A stretch of 63,311 nt of DNA, filler included, from Octopus bimaculoides (lineage: Eukaryota): NCBI RefSeq assembly GCF_001194135.2. It is 6 parts of 6 records of this genome, joined end to end, with 100 filler letters (N's around TTAATTAATTAA, not from the genome) between each part and the next. Parts side by side here need not be neighbours in the genome. Positions count along the whole stretch, not along the records: positions 23,056 to 43,817 come from NC_068984.1; positions 43,918 to 54,848 come from NC_068989.1; 4 more parts are not named here. The stretch is one strand, 5' to 3'. A program made the translations under genes and the position numbers. The notes beneath the pieces are model-generated. The model saw nothing but the letters and a program-made list of their open reading frames with translations. It did not search any database and had not been told where the DNA came from. Positions 35,961-49,721 of this stretch are shown one piece after another; positions within the stretch are counted from its first letter, which is position 1; each line of letters begins with the position of its first letter.

Positions 35961-38795
35961 TACTGATATTGATAGATGTCATATAATATAATATAAGCAG
36001 ATGTTAAATAACATAATATTGCCGGATCTCCAGTAACATTGTATTGATTGATGTGCAATAACAGTGTATGGATATCAAATGATATTTATTGCATTGATAG
36101 ATGTCCTGTAAACTTATAAAGGTTTGTTGTATTGATGGATATCAAATTATATAATACTGATGTTAGGATATTTCCTCTGCAAAGCTCTGGAGTAACTGGT
36201 GCTTAGAAAAGATGAGGGCTATATATTTCATCACTGTCAAATACAATGATGATAAATTATTGTATTGATTGTCGAATATATTTTTATAGCAATTGCAAAA
36301 TGATATTGGTTTCAAATTTTAGCATAAGACCATCAATTTCGGGGAGGGGATAAGTCGGTTACATTGACTCCAGTGCTCAACTGATACTTATTTTATTGAC
36401 CCTGAAACAATGAAAGGCACAGTTGACCTTAGTAGAATTTGAATTCAGAACATGCAGATGGATGAAATACTAGCATATTGTCCACTTTGCTAATGATCCT
36501 GCCAGTTTGTCACCTTCAGTTTCAAAAAAATAATATTAACCATGTAATACATTTAGGTACACTGCTATTTGACAGTGTATATGAATGTTAGCTTTAGGTC
36601 AGCTCTAGTCCATTAGACCTTTGATGGAAGGCATTCCTGTTGCGACCCTTCCATTATTTTCCAAATCACAATCATTGCCATCATCATCATCGTTTAACAT
36701 CCATCTTCCATGCAGGCATGGGTAGGATGGTTGACAGGTGCTGGCCAGGTAGAAAATCTACCCAAGGGTACTGTGTCTGTTTTGGCAGAACCTTTGACTA
36801 CATTAGCCATTTGTTCTTCTTTTCCATGTTGGTAGGGTGTGTTTTGAGGAAATTTGGCAGGTGTTTCTAGAAACTCAAATGACCAAATTTTTGTTAATGC
36901 CTGTATATGGAGAAATTTTTGCAACAATTAACAAAAACAATATACATGTTTAAGATCATGCTATACTATATTCACTTTCTGTTTATTTCTTGTTTAAAGC
37001 AAGCATGATGATGGTCACATAGCAACTTTCCACACTATTCATAAAGATCTTTTAAACTGCTGGGGTTGGGTGACCAAGAGTAGTTAAGGCAGTGGTGCTC
37101 TATAGTCTAGTTTATTTCTCCAAATTTGTAAATGACTTGGTTAGTACTTTAGCCCTCATCTGTCCAAAGCTGTATTTGATTACCATGTTCTTGTTCTCTG
37201 TTGTGTGTCTTCTACTGAGGCTATGGTGCTTCTGAGCCATGAGGAAGGTATTCAATAGTAGAGTTTTCCATATCATTTGGAGGGAAGTTGTTCTTAAACT
37301 TCTCTATCCAAAACTGAGCTAAAAGATTTTTTTTTTTTTTTCTTAATAGTACATGCTACAATAATAGGCTAGGTTTATTAAAAATTGAATGGAAAGTGAA
37401 TCTAACAGTTTAGAGCATGTTCTTAAATGGTTAGAATGATCTTTCATGTGTGGCAATCGTTCAACCATCTTGAAACTTATTGAATTAGTGGGTGAATGCT
37501 TGAATATTCTACAGAAACATGTACACTTAATGTAGTAGTCAGGCAGAATCAGCACGACTTAGTCCTCTGAATTACAAGTACAATCCACTTGACTGGCTTC
37601 CATATAGTTTCTATTCGCCTACTCCACTTATAATGGTTTAGTTAACCTAAGGCTATGAAAAAAGACATTTGCCTTAGGATGCCATATAGTGGCATTGAAC
37701 CTAGGAATTCTTCTTAATCATTTGACATTCTGTGTCCAAGATGTAATTGTTTTAATTTCAACATGTGGTCTCATATTAAACTCCTTGCTAAACAAGTACA
37801 ACACTGAAATTTATGAAATAGAATGCTGATAATTAATGAAACATTTTTGATGAATGACAAATACATTAAGTGTCAGTAAGAAGTCGTCTGATGAATCATT
37901 TGTATAATTAATTAGTTGTTGTGATGAGTCATCTGAAGTGTTTGTTTTGTTTCTTTGATGTATAAAAAGAATTGGTTCAAACTGGTAATAAATAACACAG
38001 AACAATTTATTCATAGTCTCCAGCATAGATGTTGCAGCATAGATGTTGCAGCATAGATATTGGTGTGTAACATGTATCATTAATATTTAGTAACATATAT
38101 GCAATTACATATTTGTAAGAGAAATGTGTTATGATTGTAGATATATAATTTTCTAATTACACACCTGATAACAGGCATATAATTCCATATTTGTAATTGT
38201 ACGTGTAATTGTACGTGTAATTGTTACTCTTTTGATTACACTTAGCTCTAGCTATTTACATATGAAGCCAACAAGGCAGCATCTACATGGAAATAACTGC
38301 CAAATCTCCCTCAAACTACACCCTACCATCTTAAAGAAGGGCATGTTAGATAATGTGGCTAGGAGAACATTCTGCTTGATAAAAAGTTAGGGTGGTCACA
38401 GCTGGAATGCCATTGTTAATAGGTTTGCTCAGTTAGGATTGATGTAAAAATAAACAACTCTGACAACTGTATGCATTTAGGAACACATTGACTTTGATGC
38501 ATGAAAAATGACTTTTATGTTGGGCAGTTTGAGAACTTGTCTGGCAAAGATGTTTGTGAATGCTTTTTCATTTGACCTCCTTTTCACTGCAATTCCCGAG
38601 TTCTAGATTGAGTTTTGAAACTAGACATTGATGAAAAAGTGTATGATATGATAATAGCTCTCTCTATATACATATTACAGTAATAGCTGTATAATGCAAT
38701 AGTGATAAGTATGTATTTTAGTAGTAGCTATATGATCCAATGATGGTATACACACACACACACACATACACACACACATATAACATCAACATCAC

Positions 38796-38840
<45 letters not shown>

Positions 38841-39007
38841 TTATCCATAGTGGCATGGGTTGGACAGTTTAACAGGGACTGGTCAGCTGGAGAACTGCCT
38901 CTAGGCTCCATGTCTGCTTTGACATGGTTTCTATGGCTGGATATATATATATGTAAATCAAAAATAAAATCAAAGACAATACAAGTCAAAAGAATGTACA
39001 CAGTAGG

Positions 39008-40054
39008 GCTTGCAAAAAACTGATAATGTTTTTGTTCGGGATGATTCTGTCAGAGGACCTTTCGTTTCTCCTTATAAGGGACCATTTCGTGTGCTATCGC
39101 GCACGCCCAAACTTTTAGTCTCAACATCAATGGTTGGGCAGAGACCGTGTCGGTCGACAGACTTAAAAGGGCACATTTTGAGGTTTCCACACCCTTTGAT
39201 GACACCCCAAACACGCCAACCTTTGATCCTTTACAACCACCTATACAACCATCCTCACATGCACCTTTGACCCCACCATCACCTTCACCTCCACCTTTGT
39301 CACAACTACCTAACACGAACAAACCCTATGTCACCAGGACAGGCCGCACTGTGCATTGGCCCAAAAAAACTCACTAAAACTATTTATATCTGACAATCTC
39401 TTTTGTGTTTTCCTATGACAGACAATTGTTTTCTTGTGTCACTGGACAGTTCTAATACTCTGCCATTGAACATTTTGTCAAATTTTTGTGCATGCCCATT
39501 TATATTTCTTGCAATTATTTTTCTATTTGACTTGTCACATTGTTGTACCATATCTTGTTGGTTGCGATCAGTTGCCATCCTTGCTCTTTCTTGTGCCTGC
39601 TCCAATTATTCTGTTTTTGCACTGATGCATTCAAGGGGGAGTCCTTGTAGCGGCACAAGCAGTTAGCGCCATATAGGATGAGATCACGCGGTAACCATTG
39701 CTGTCTCCAAGACTGGAGTGAGACCTCACCTGCATCCATTTGCCATGCGCGAGCTCACAATGAGGCTCGCGATAGCAAACTATAAAAAGAAAGAAACCAC
39801 GAGATTCGATCTCTTTTCCTGGTGTGACTGCTATCAGAGCACACTTCACTGGCTTGTCCTCTAGGCTAGTCCGCTTGTCGCATCTCCTGAGGCAATGGCC
39901 CACGTAACGGAGAACGATGAATTCATACCGCATGAGATGGCTGCAAAAGAGCAACGTACCACACCTTTGTATATATTGTAAATAAAACTAATGGAGACTT
40001 ATATTGTAAATAAAACTAATATTTCTTTACTTGACTGCTGGAGCCTTAGCAACA
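39008..40054 (+). mobile_element. Gypsy LTR retrotransposon 3' end (integrase C-terminus, PPT, 3' LTR)
   Basis: VFVRDDSVRGPFVSPYKGPFRVL..VSVDRLKRAH; purine tract AAGGGGGAG at 39633-39641 precedes TGTAGCGG at 39646. The right LTR end is approximate. Confidence 0.75.
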
Positions 40055-41369
40055 CGAAGAATAAGAAATTAATGGGAGAAAGGCGATATTCAACCGATAT
40101 CCAGAACCTTGCCTCACATTATAAGTGTCTTCTCTTATAGCATCAGGCCAACTAGTGCTTTCTGAGTGAGGAAGCCCGTCATGTGTGTGTGTGTGTGTGT
40201 GTGTGCCTGCTTGACAACGGTTGTTGGTCCCTGTAACTGAGGTAAAGAGACCAACTAAATAAGTACGAGGATTAAGAAATATGTCTTTGGGTCGATTTGT
40301 TCGACTAAAACTTGGCACTCCTGCATGGCCGCAGTCACATAATTGAAACAAGTAAAAGAATATGGCGGTGTGCAGAGTGATTTTTATAAATGTAAATGAC
40401 GTGTTTATAAATTGGTGTGCACTTGATTGCGTTTTGTCATAGGTGTGATTCGACGGTGTGTGGAAAACTTATCTTGCATGAAATCAGTCTGTGGTACAAA
40501 AATATTTCGGAAACTGCCATTGTGGAGTGACGATAATTGCTGGAGGGTAGAGTATCTTCTGGGCCTTGGGAGACATAAGAGTCATTGGGATGAGGTCCTA
40601 ACTATGTTAAGGATGTGCATTTATTAATCTCTCACAAAATACATCCTACTGTCTTATGTATGTGCATATGAATGTATAAAGTAATGATGGAGACTTGTAA
40701 ACGGTGGTGTATATACATTAACGATACGTAAATAAATGATTTTCAAGTTGATTTCACATTCATACATGCTTTCATATATACATACATGTATGTGTATATA
40801 TGTTTGTTCGTGTGTGTTTGATTGTTTGCGTTTGTGTGTTCGTATGTGTGTTTACGTATGTGCGGCTGTATTTATGTATGTATGTGTGTTTGCGCGCGCG
40901 CGCATGCACGCGCTTGTGTACGTTTCTTTTTTTCTCTCCGTCTTTTTCTCTCCATTTATTTTTCCTCACCACTTTCTGTCGAAGAGGATAGGCTTGAAAC
41001 GTCAAAGACTTTTCCATTTTCCCCGTAATACACACGCTTGTTGTTGCATCCCTTCTCTGAATAGGGAGATCACAGCTCGATACTACGGAAACGTTGTATG
41101 AATGCCTTAGGAAAGAATCGATGGACAGATTTTATGGACAAAAAAAAAAAATCAAAAACCGGCAGGAATCCCAGGAGTAGATCCATGCGCTCGATTGGTT
41201 TTGTTTGGGGTTCTAGAAGGTTCACTTGTAGGCAGTTGCTTCTGGCGGGACCTGGCGGAAGACTTTTCCCCCATCACCCTTACAGAAATTGAGCGGGGCG
41301 TCTCACCAGCCTGTCCTGACCTTGGCGACGTGTTGTAACCAGAACACTGCTTCAGTGGGGGAAATCTAC

Positions 41370-43505
41370 CCCCTCTCAGCCGTAGCTTTGATTGTGCGAT
41401 GGTGACGCTCTACAATCCCATTCCCGCAAGGCCTATATGCTGCTCTGAAGAAACATCTGGTATTCCATTGGTCGAGCATTTCTTTCAAGTGAGCCGAGCG
41501 AAACACTGTATTGTTGTCCATCAACAGCTGATCAACTGGTCTCCTCCCAGGAATACCGCATTTAGGACCTCTACAGTTTCAGCCGCAGCTCCCGTCCTAA
41601 TTTCCTTCCATATTGCCATCCTCTCGGCCCACAGTCAATCATTGAGAGGTACTGCCTTCCCTGGTAGTACGTCATATCTATCGCCAACTTCTTCCAATCT
41701 TCTACTTGAATCCTTCCTACCTCAAGCACACTCGGTGCAGAGTCTATAGACTGGCATCTGTCGCAGCTCCGCACCACTTTCCGAACACTTTCCCTGGTAA
41801 CATTAGGGTCCACCTTCCTGGCCAGGAACAGGGTCCTGTCTACACCCATATGGTGCATGCTGTGTAACCTCCCCAGCTCTGAGCCCTCCGGGCGACACGC
41901 TACAGTCACCACATTCTGTACATCCTCTGCCGTCACCAACCAGGGCTTTTTCATCCCGGTTAGCACATCTGCTTTATTCTTTTCTGAGGGCACAAACACT
42001 ACTTGTAGCTTCAAGCCAAACTCAGTGGGCAGCTCTCTGAGCATTCCTAATCACCGCTTCACTATCATTTCCGCGATCCCTTTTGTGCGGATTCTCCTTT
42101 GATTGCTGATCACTGATGCTACCCATGCTCTTACTGTGGCCGAATTTCCAATACGTGCAGCCCCCATCTCAGCTCCAAGTTTAAACCCTTTAGTACCGCA
42201 TCCAATTCAGCCACATTGATGTGGTTGCAATCATCCTTTTTTCTGAGCCACGCTGCATCTTCCACCTCTACACCCCCACTTCCAGGATGACTCCTATCCC
42301 CCTTTTTGTTTCAAGCACATTCCAGCTGCCCCTCGCTGGATCCTCCACTCTCACTCTCTCCAAAACGTCTGGCATCATGGCAGTCGTCTTCTCCCCCGCT
42401 TTGTCGCTCCTCTTTATTCCTTTGGCTGCCTCTTGATGAAGCTGCATGTTGTCCGGAGGCCATCCTGCAATTGGGTAGTCTCCCATCAGCTTCCACACAC
42501 CGAGAAGAATTCTCACCTACTCATATCTTTGCTTAGGTCCGGAATCGCATTTCCTCAGTGAAAGACAAGCTTGCCCATCTTATCTCTTTCAATCTTGAGC
42601 CTCAGTGCAGCACCTCCTTCTATAGCCTCTGGCGGTTTAGCAGTCAGCCCAAACTCCTTCGGGTGGTCTACGATTTCCTCTGCCATCATTACGCTCTCAT
42701 CTACGAGCATGTCATCGATGTATGAATTATTCACCTGCTCCACCTCGGCCACCTTCCCCAAGACCGTCATTAGGACCTTTGCCATAACTTTCGGTGCCAA
42801 GCTCAAGCCAAATCCCAACTGAGTCAAGCAGTAAGTTCTATCCTGTTACTTCACCGACTGGTACTTCCACAGTTCCTTGGATACATGGAGTTGCAGATAG
42901 GGCGACTTCAAACCCGCAAAGTTCCCCTGCTGCCTCACTACCCATATGGCATGACACGTGCTCATTCAGTTCACGGAAATTGAGCACTGGTCGAACCTTG
43001 TTCTTCGTAGGCTGAACCACAGCCATTATGGGCAACACACCATTTTTCTCTTCTCCTTCCCATGGTCTCAACATACCCTCCTCCTCTCAAATTCATTCCT
43101 GGCTCCTCCTTTGAGGGTGTGTTCGTAACAGCTCACCCTGTTTCACAACACAGGTGGTTCCTGATGTACTCTATCGTCCACCATGTGCCATCGAATTTGG
43201 CCCGGATGTCCTTGTCTTCAATGTCGCATACATCATCCCCTCTTTCTACACGTGTTCTGTCGCTTTCGCAGCTTTCTTCCGCCTCTCCATACGCATAGCA
43301 TGCAGCGCATCGGTTGCCGAATTCCACTCCCTTGCCTACCGTCACGCCACCCAGCCGGACAATCACGTCCATTCCCACTGCTACGTCAACGCCATCCACC
43401 ACTTCGTCGACAACAATCGCCTGAACTTTCACTGTCGACCCGTGCACTATCAACTAACGTTCCTGCCATCCCTCGATAGCTTACGTCATCTGACAAACGC
43501 CCCCA
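41370..43505 (-). mobile_element. Gypsy-type pol remnant (protease, RT, RNase H, integrase)
   Basis: Ordered minus ORFs: 43133-43453 (protease-like), 42555-42827 (FGLSLAP, YIDD), 41571-42044 (NKADVLT, HH.GVDRT, CDRC, LAID). PBS-like TGGGGGCG at 43498-43505. LTR limits unresolved. Confidence 0.85.
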
Positions 43506-43940
43506 TATATATATATATATATATGTAAGGGACGACCGTGCGAACTCAAAAAGGAGATATGGTGACGAATGGAAAAACAGAGGACTCCTTTTATTTAAAC
43601 GTGTCACACGGTCGAACATACAAATATATATCAAAGATGATATACATGATATGTTATGCGACGATAACATAGATGACCAGTAATGAAAGACCACAACCGT
43701 ATTAGATGAATAACAGAAATATTTATTGTAGCGTTAAAGATGTATGTCTGTGTGTGAGTGTGAATGCGACATATAAGAACATAATCAAAGACAGGCCGTC
43801 GTACAAAGAAAAGTATGNNNNNNNNNNNNNNNNNNNNNNNNNNNNNNNNNNNNNNNNNNNNTTAATTAATTAANNNNNNNNNNNNNNNNNNNNNNNNNNN
43901 NNNNNNNNNNNNNNNNNATGTTAAACTTCCCCGGTGTAGT

Positions 43941-43943
<3 letters not shown>

Positions 43944-43981
<38 letters not shown>

Positions 43982-44074
43982 AGTCACAGCCTGGAATCGA
44001 ACTTGGAATATTGTGGTTAGTAGCCCGCGCTCTTAACTCCAAGATTCCGAGTTCGATTCCAGGCAGTGACCTGC

Positions 44075-44148
<74 letters not shown>

Positions 44149-44310
44149 CTCGAAAAATACCTTAGGAATGAGAACCCAAGTTCGAAATTTCTCCAAGACA
44201 CCCGATGAAGGCTGGCGGGTGTATCAGCCGAAACGCTGTGTTAACAAAAAGCAAGATGACAAATATCCGTCGCATGTAAATAAAGTAAATAATGCATTAT
44301 TTATAAATTT
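43944..44310 (+). mobile_element. Composite non-autonomous element: (TTA)n, tRNA-like hairpin, (TAA)n and hammerhead-bearing tail
   Basis: 27-bp inverted arms at 43983-44009 and 44044-44070 each carry a B-box-like sequence; the tail from about 44160 matches the reverse complement of 54265-54395. Confidence 0.7.
44198..44241 (+). ncRNA. Minimal type I hammerhead motif, probably inactivated
   Basis: ACAC-CCGATGA-A-GGCTG-loop-CAGCC-GAAAC-GCT-GTGT. It differs from the 54315 copy at the core (CTGA to CCGA) and at the cleavage triplet (GTT to GCT). Confidence 0.6.
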
Positions 44311-44404
44311 ATCAACTCTATTATTCAATAAGCAAAATCTTACATTATTTATTGACACATTATTAATTAGTATAATAGCATTACCTGGATAACAACGTTG
44401 TTTA

Positions 44405-45245
44405 AATGAGAAAATACGAGCAAGAGAAATAATATTCTTAAGATAATAAACCTGGAAAAGTACAGGACAAGTTATTACACTTGGAAACGTTCAAGAGAAG
44501 TGATTACATAAGGTATAGTACAGAACACGAAAACATTTACTTAACATATTGCAGCTAAGGATAAAATCTGAAAATTAAAAATCTATTTGATTTAAATTTC
44601 TAAAGTAATATTAAAATTATAAAAGGTGCCATCCTTTTGTTAAAATATTAACACACTAAATTACTTTAAAAAATGAGCACCAGAAGTATCAATATAGCTA
44701 AAAATTTATGCAAAGTAGAATAGTATATATGCTAGGCAAATACATTATGTAAAAAATAGGCAAATTTATTATGTAAAAATTATGAAGACTTGGCAAAAAC
44801 TGAGGCAATAACTCAAGCAAATTTTACTGTGAATTTTCGTTATAGGTAGACTTTACTGTAATATGTAGCTTATTTTTGTATTATTCTATTTATTATATTA
44901 TGTACTACTATTATTTTTATAACCTGTTTTAAATTTTGTAATCATTAATTAATAATTAGAAAAATGATTTTTGTGAAGTGTAAAAATATTCTAATGGAGT
45001 AATTATTTTTAATAGAAGTAACAAGTAATAACAAATAGATGTAATAACTTACAATAAAATTTTTAGTTTTAATAAAAGCTAATATTTTCTAAATCTAAAT
45101 ATTTCATTTGAAATTTTATCCTGAGCTGTAATATTTTAAGTAAAACATTTCTTGTTCTGTGCTTTACCTGATGTAGTATCCTGTCCTGAACTTTTCCAGG
45201 TATATAATCTTCAAAAAATTATTTCTCTTGCTCACATTTTTCCAT
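44405..45245. repeat. Old diverged foldback element
   Basis: About 44410-44600 aligns by eye to the reverse complement of about 45060-45245 (gagcaagagaaataat, cctggaaaagt.caggaca, ggataaaat). Confidence 0.7.
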
Positions 45246-45875
45246 GTAATATAATATATTCGTTATATACATGCCAAACCTATTTACAACTATGGGTTTG
45301 GTTCCTACACAAATGAAAATAGTTTGTTATGATTATCAACATTAAAGATATATGTTCGAAAATGTAAGTACACTTGCAAGTGTCAAGGATAATATCTACA
45401 GTGTTATGCATTACAATGTATTCCCCATGGAATTCTTTTTTTATATACTTAAACCTGAAAATTAACTGTTTGTATTAGAAAATATATAATACATCAAATA
45501 ATATATACTTTATCAACATATATATACTTTATCAATTATCAATATTTCTGTACTATTTTGAAAGTTCTTTCCATCATTCTAAATAATCACAGCCATGGTA
45601 CACAATAGAAAATATTATTAATAATTGGTATACAAGTTTTTACAAAATTTTATAAAGTTATTCCTTTTCACTATAAATGAATTATCCAATTAAGATTGCC
45701 TAAGAAATAGTTAATTTATCTCTGGATATTGCAAATTAAATGAACTTGTACGCAGCCATTATAATACATATCATTTCCAGCCTAGGTATAGAATCAATAA
45801 AAATTATAAATACACAAGATTAAATATGGAACTTAAAATCATCTTTTCCAAACAATTTTCTTCGATATTTAACGA

Positions 45876-45936
<61 letters not shown>

Positions 45937-46613
45937 NNNNNNNNNNNNNNNNNNNNNNNNNNNNNNNNNNNNNNNNNNNNNNNNNNNNNNNNNNNNNNNN
46001 NNNNNNNNNNNNNNNNNNNNNNNNNNNNNNNNNNNNNNNNNNNNNNNNNNNNNNNNNNNNNNNNNNNNNNNNNNNNNNNNNNNNNNNNNNNNNNNNNNNN
46101 NNNNATTTGTGTATGTATATGTTATTCACTTATGGCAACGAGCAAATATATTCTTAAATCAGCTATTATTTACTCGGGAGAGCAATTCTGGGATTTACCG
46201 CTAATTCAGTTCTTAACAAAATTGAATTCCACTCTTTTAGCAATGACTCATTCAGCTACATTGAAATTTGGTTCATTAAAAAAGGTTAGGTCCAAATATG
46301 TGAGGTCAAAATTTGAAGAGGAAGACTTACTAAAAATATCTCCGTTACATTTCTAAAAAAATGCATAAATTCATGGAATTTAAAAAAAAATATTCCCATT
46401 GAGAAGGATGTTCTGATGAAATTAGAAAGGATTAGCTACGAAACAAGTAGTGTGCCTTTAAGTGGTGAAAACATAGTAATCGCAAAAATTGATTTTGGAT
46501 CAAAACATCTCAGTAATCGTAAAACGATACAGTACAATACATGTGTTCAAATGAAAGAGCTCTATGATATGAACCTTATGGTGGAAATCTCGTAAAACAT
46601 ATTCTTATCAACT

Positions 46614-46820
46614 CTAGGCGCAAGGCTCGAATTTTGTAGGGGGAGGTAGCCAATAAATTAGATCGACCCCAATACGCAGCTGATATTTAATTAATGAACA
46701 CAGAAAGGATGAAAGGCAAAGTCGACCTCGGCGGAATTTGAACCCAGAATGTAAAGTCAGACGAAATCCGCTACGCATTTCGCCCGGCGTGCTAACCATT
46801 TGTGCCAGCTAACCGCCCTC
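46614..46820 (-). mobile_element. tRNA-derived CORE-type SINE
   Basis: Reverse complement of head gcacgccgggcgaaatgcgtagc, B-box ggttcaaattcc and gtcgactttgcctttcatcc. Confidence 0.85.
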
Positions 46821-47162
46821 GTAGTAAAACATATTGCCTACAAAACACATGTGGTGTAGATTTAAGATAGGTGAGCGTTTTAACTAATCAAAACATTTTG
46901 CTGTTTTAAGATATGTTGCGTTATAAAAGACAGAACTCTACATTATGGATCGCTTCGTTTAATGATGCAGATCACTTACATCAAAATTAGAGAGTTACGG
47001 GGCTCGATAATCTGTAACCATTTTCAGACCTCTTCCGCCCCAGCTCATTTTTGAAGGTTATTTAACCAATCTTCTAAGATGTTTTCCTTGCTACTCTGCG
47101 TACATGATTTACTTCAGAGGACAATAATCTTATGGTGACATATTCTTTTCTACTTTTCTACT

Positions 47163-47370
47163 CTAGGCACAAGGCCCGAAACTATTCGGGAGGGAGCCAA
47201 TTGATTAGATCTACTACCCAAAGTACGCAAATGGTACTTAATGTATCGTGTCCGAAAGGATGAAAGCAAAGTCGACCACGGCGGAATTTGAACTCAGAAC
47301 GTAAAGACAGACGAAATACCGGTAAACATTTCGCCCGGTGTGATAACGTTTCTGCCAGCTCGCCGCCTTC
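47163..47370 (-). mobile_element. tRNA-derived CORE-type SINE
   Basis: Same layout as 46614-46820. Confidence 0.85.
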
Positions 47371-49204
47371 CTTATGGCGATATAGTGTAGGTACAAAAGA
47401 AGTGTGTGACTTTAAGTGATGAAACCATGGTGATAATTTTTTGGGAAAATCCCGTCCAAAAATCCTGCACACTTATTACGCTTATTAAATCATGCCTTTG
47501 TAGTGTTTTTTAGTTTATAACTGACAGACTTGAAATTTATTAAATCTGGATCTTGTATCATGTTATCGATACTCTTTGACATCCAAACTCGTAAAACAAG
47601 AATTAGGAGTCAAAAGTCTCTCCCAATCAGGACGTCATGAATATAAACCCTATAACATGAATTGAGCACTGCTTTTGACTCACCCTGCATGCGTGAGTGT
47701 GTGTGTGTGTATGTCTGTGTGTCTGTGTGAGCTGATGTGTATATGATATTTTAATTGTTGCGATGACAGTTTACATCAGTAAGTCACGTTCTCTTCAAAT
47801 TTCTTCCCTATCACTCTTTGAAATTTCCTGCTGTTATAATCAATATTACTAAAATATAAGTACAGTAAGAAATCCAATTACACAGAATATGTTTTTCATG
47901 ACGTTTGTACCCCTTAATAATAGATTCACTTCTAATTACTTTCCTATATTATTATGCAAGAAATAATTACTTGTAACCATAAGGTTATGTTTACTTATAA
48001 TTATAGATACTAAATTTTTTGCACAATAGTAATGGTCTATTGAATGAAAATAATTGCATATTCTTCTACTTCCCAATACAAGCATTAATTCGATAGGTAT
48101 TTATATATGAATGAATTAAGCTAAACGGTAATCTACAATAGCTCTTCCTTTGAAGTTTATCGGTGAACAACATAAATAAGAAGAATTTATTTTATACGTA
48201 TTCTTTTCCGACAAAACACTCATATTATGTACCCATTGCACTTAACATCTTCAAATTACTCCGTGCATTCCCATTCAATTTTTCTTTCCTTTCTTTTTTT
48301 CTTTTGTTTCTTATAGAATGAACAGCAATTGTAAAATAACGAGTAATTCAATACTTTGTTAACATTTCTTAATCAGATATATACGATTCGGTTCACACAC
48401 GCACAAAAAGAAAGAAAAAAATACTTTAATCGCTTACTTACAGCGACATCTTTTTTTATGGTGAAGGTAAGCAAACGAACATCATTTACCAGACAACAGC
48501 ATGGAACATACCTACACTCAAAGAAAGACAACCACCCACCCACGACCACACATATATATATACATATGTGTGTGTGTGTGTGTGTGTGTCTGTGTGTATA
48601 TAGACACCCACATTTTCATACATATAAGAATATATATACACACACACACACACACACGCATCTATATATACATATATATGTGTCTATGTACCTATGTGTC
48701 TGTGTTTGTCATATATCACCACTTTCCAACCGGTGTTGATGTTTTTATGTCTACAATACTTAACAGTTCCACCAATGAGGCCACCAGAATAAGTATCAAG
48801 GTTTAAAAATAAGTGCCTGAGTCGATTCGTAGGACTACCACGTCTGCACTCTAAAGAAATATACATAATTAGATATTGTTGGCAGACTAAAATTTCGAAA
48901 CGGATATTAGCACATCCAATAGAAATTACTTGTGATGTTTTTAACGTTTAGAGTACAATAAGCGTTCCGAGATATAATCCCGTGTGGGTGATATGCTTCA
49001 AACCACTGGTAATATTGGTTGGTGAGATTTCGTCTGCACCGTCGGTTGGTACTGTCGTAACGTGATATTGCAGATCGTCGGCATCAGTTAGCCAGTCATC
49101 AAATCCGAAAACCATGGAATTTAGCACCAGGTAAACAACTAGTGATGTTGCGGATATGTGGCGGGCTGTGTATGACTTAGCTATTAGTGACCGATGCAGA
49201 TTAC

Positions 49205-49612
49205 GAAACGAATATTTGACCCTTGGGAGGGGCAACCACACGCAGTGGTTCGTTCTTCTATTGTTATTGTTAGCTAGTGGGTTACTTACGACGCTAAAAA
49301 AATTATCGAGCTGTATTTTTTTTTACCAGTTTTTCTAACTCATATGCTAAAACTTTGTTTAACCAGTTAACAGTTCAAATGTTCATTATTGTTCGTGTTG
49401 TCATTTCTTTTCTTTATTAATTAACTATTTGGACAAATTGTATAATATATGAGTTAGAAAATCTATGGAAAAACGGCTGATCGATAGATTTGTGAGCGAA
49501 GTAACTAACCCATTAGCTATCAATAACAATAAAGGACCGAACCAGCGCATGTGTTTATTGTTACCGACATATTGCCCCATCCAAGGTGCAATAGTATTTC
49601 TTTCAGCACGCG
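49205..49612. repeat. Diverged inverted duplication, about 150-bp arms
   Basis: 49205-49350 aligns to the reverse complement of 49448-49612 (tattgttattg.tagcta.tgggtta.ttac; ttttctaactcatat). Confidence 0.7.
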
Positions 49613-49686
49613 AATTCACATCAGGAATCTTGCAAACCGAATACAAATACGGACTATTCTCTATCTGTCTGTCTATATATATGTAA

Positions 49687-49721
<35 letters not shown>

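Noticed and set aside
38480-38620. Penelope-like RT motif (SFDLLFTAIP)
   Set aside because: One short decayed motif is not enough.
43983-44070. Functional tRNA gene
   Set aside because: Only A/B-box-like pieces are present; no cloverleaf can be drawn. The same applies to the SINE heads.
46413-46450. CTGATGA...GAAAC hammerhead-like core
   Set aside because: Stems I and II do not pair.
46979-47010. 32-nt minus-strand micro-exon with a phase-2 donor
   Set aside because: Weak acceptor and no MAM similarity.
48948-49241. 97-aa minus ORF with a hydrophobic stretch as MAM first exon
   Set aside because: It starts at GTG, has no ATG before the hydrophobic segment, and has no convincing donor before the stop.
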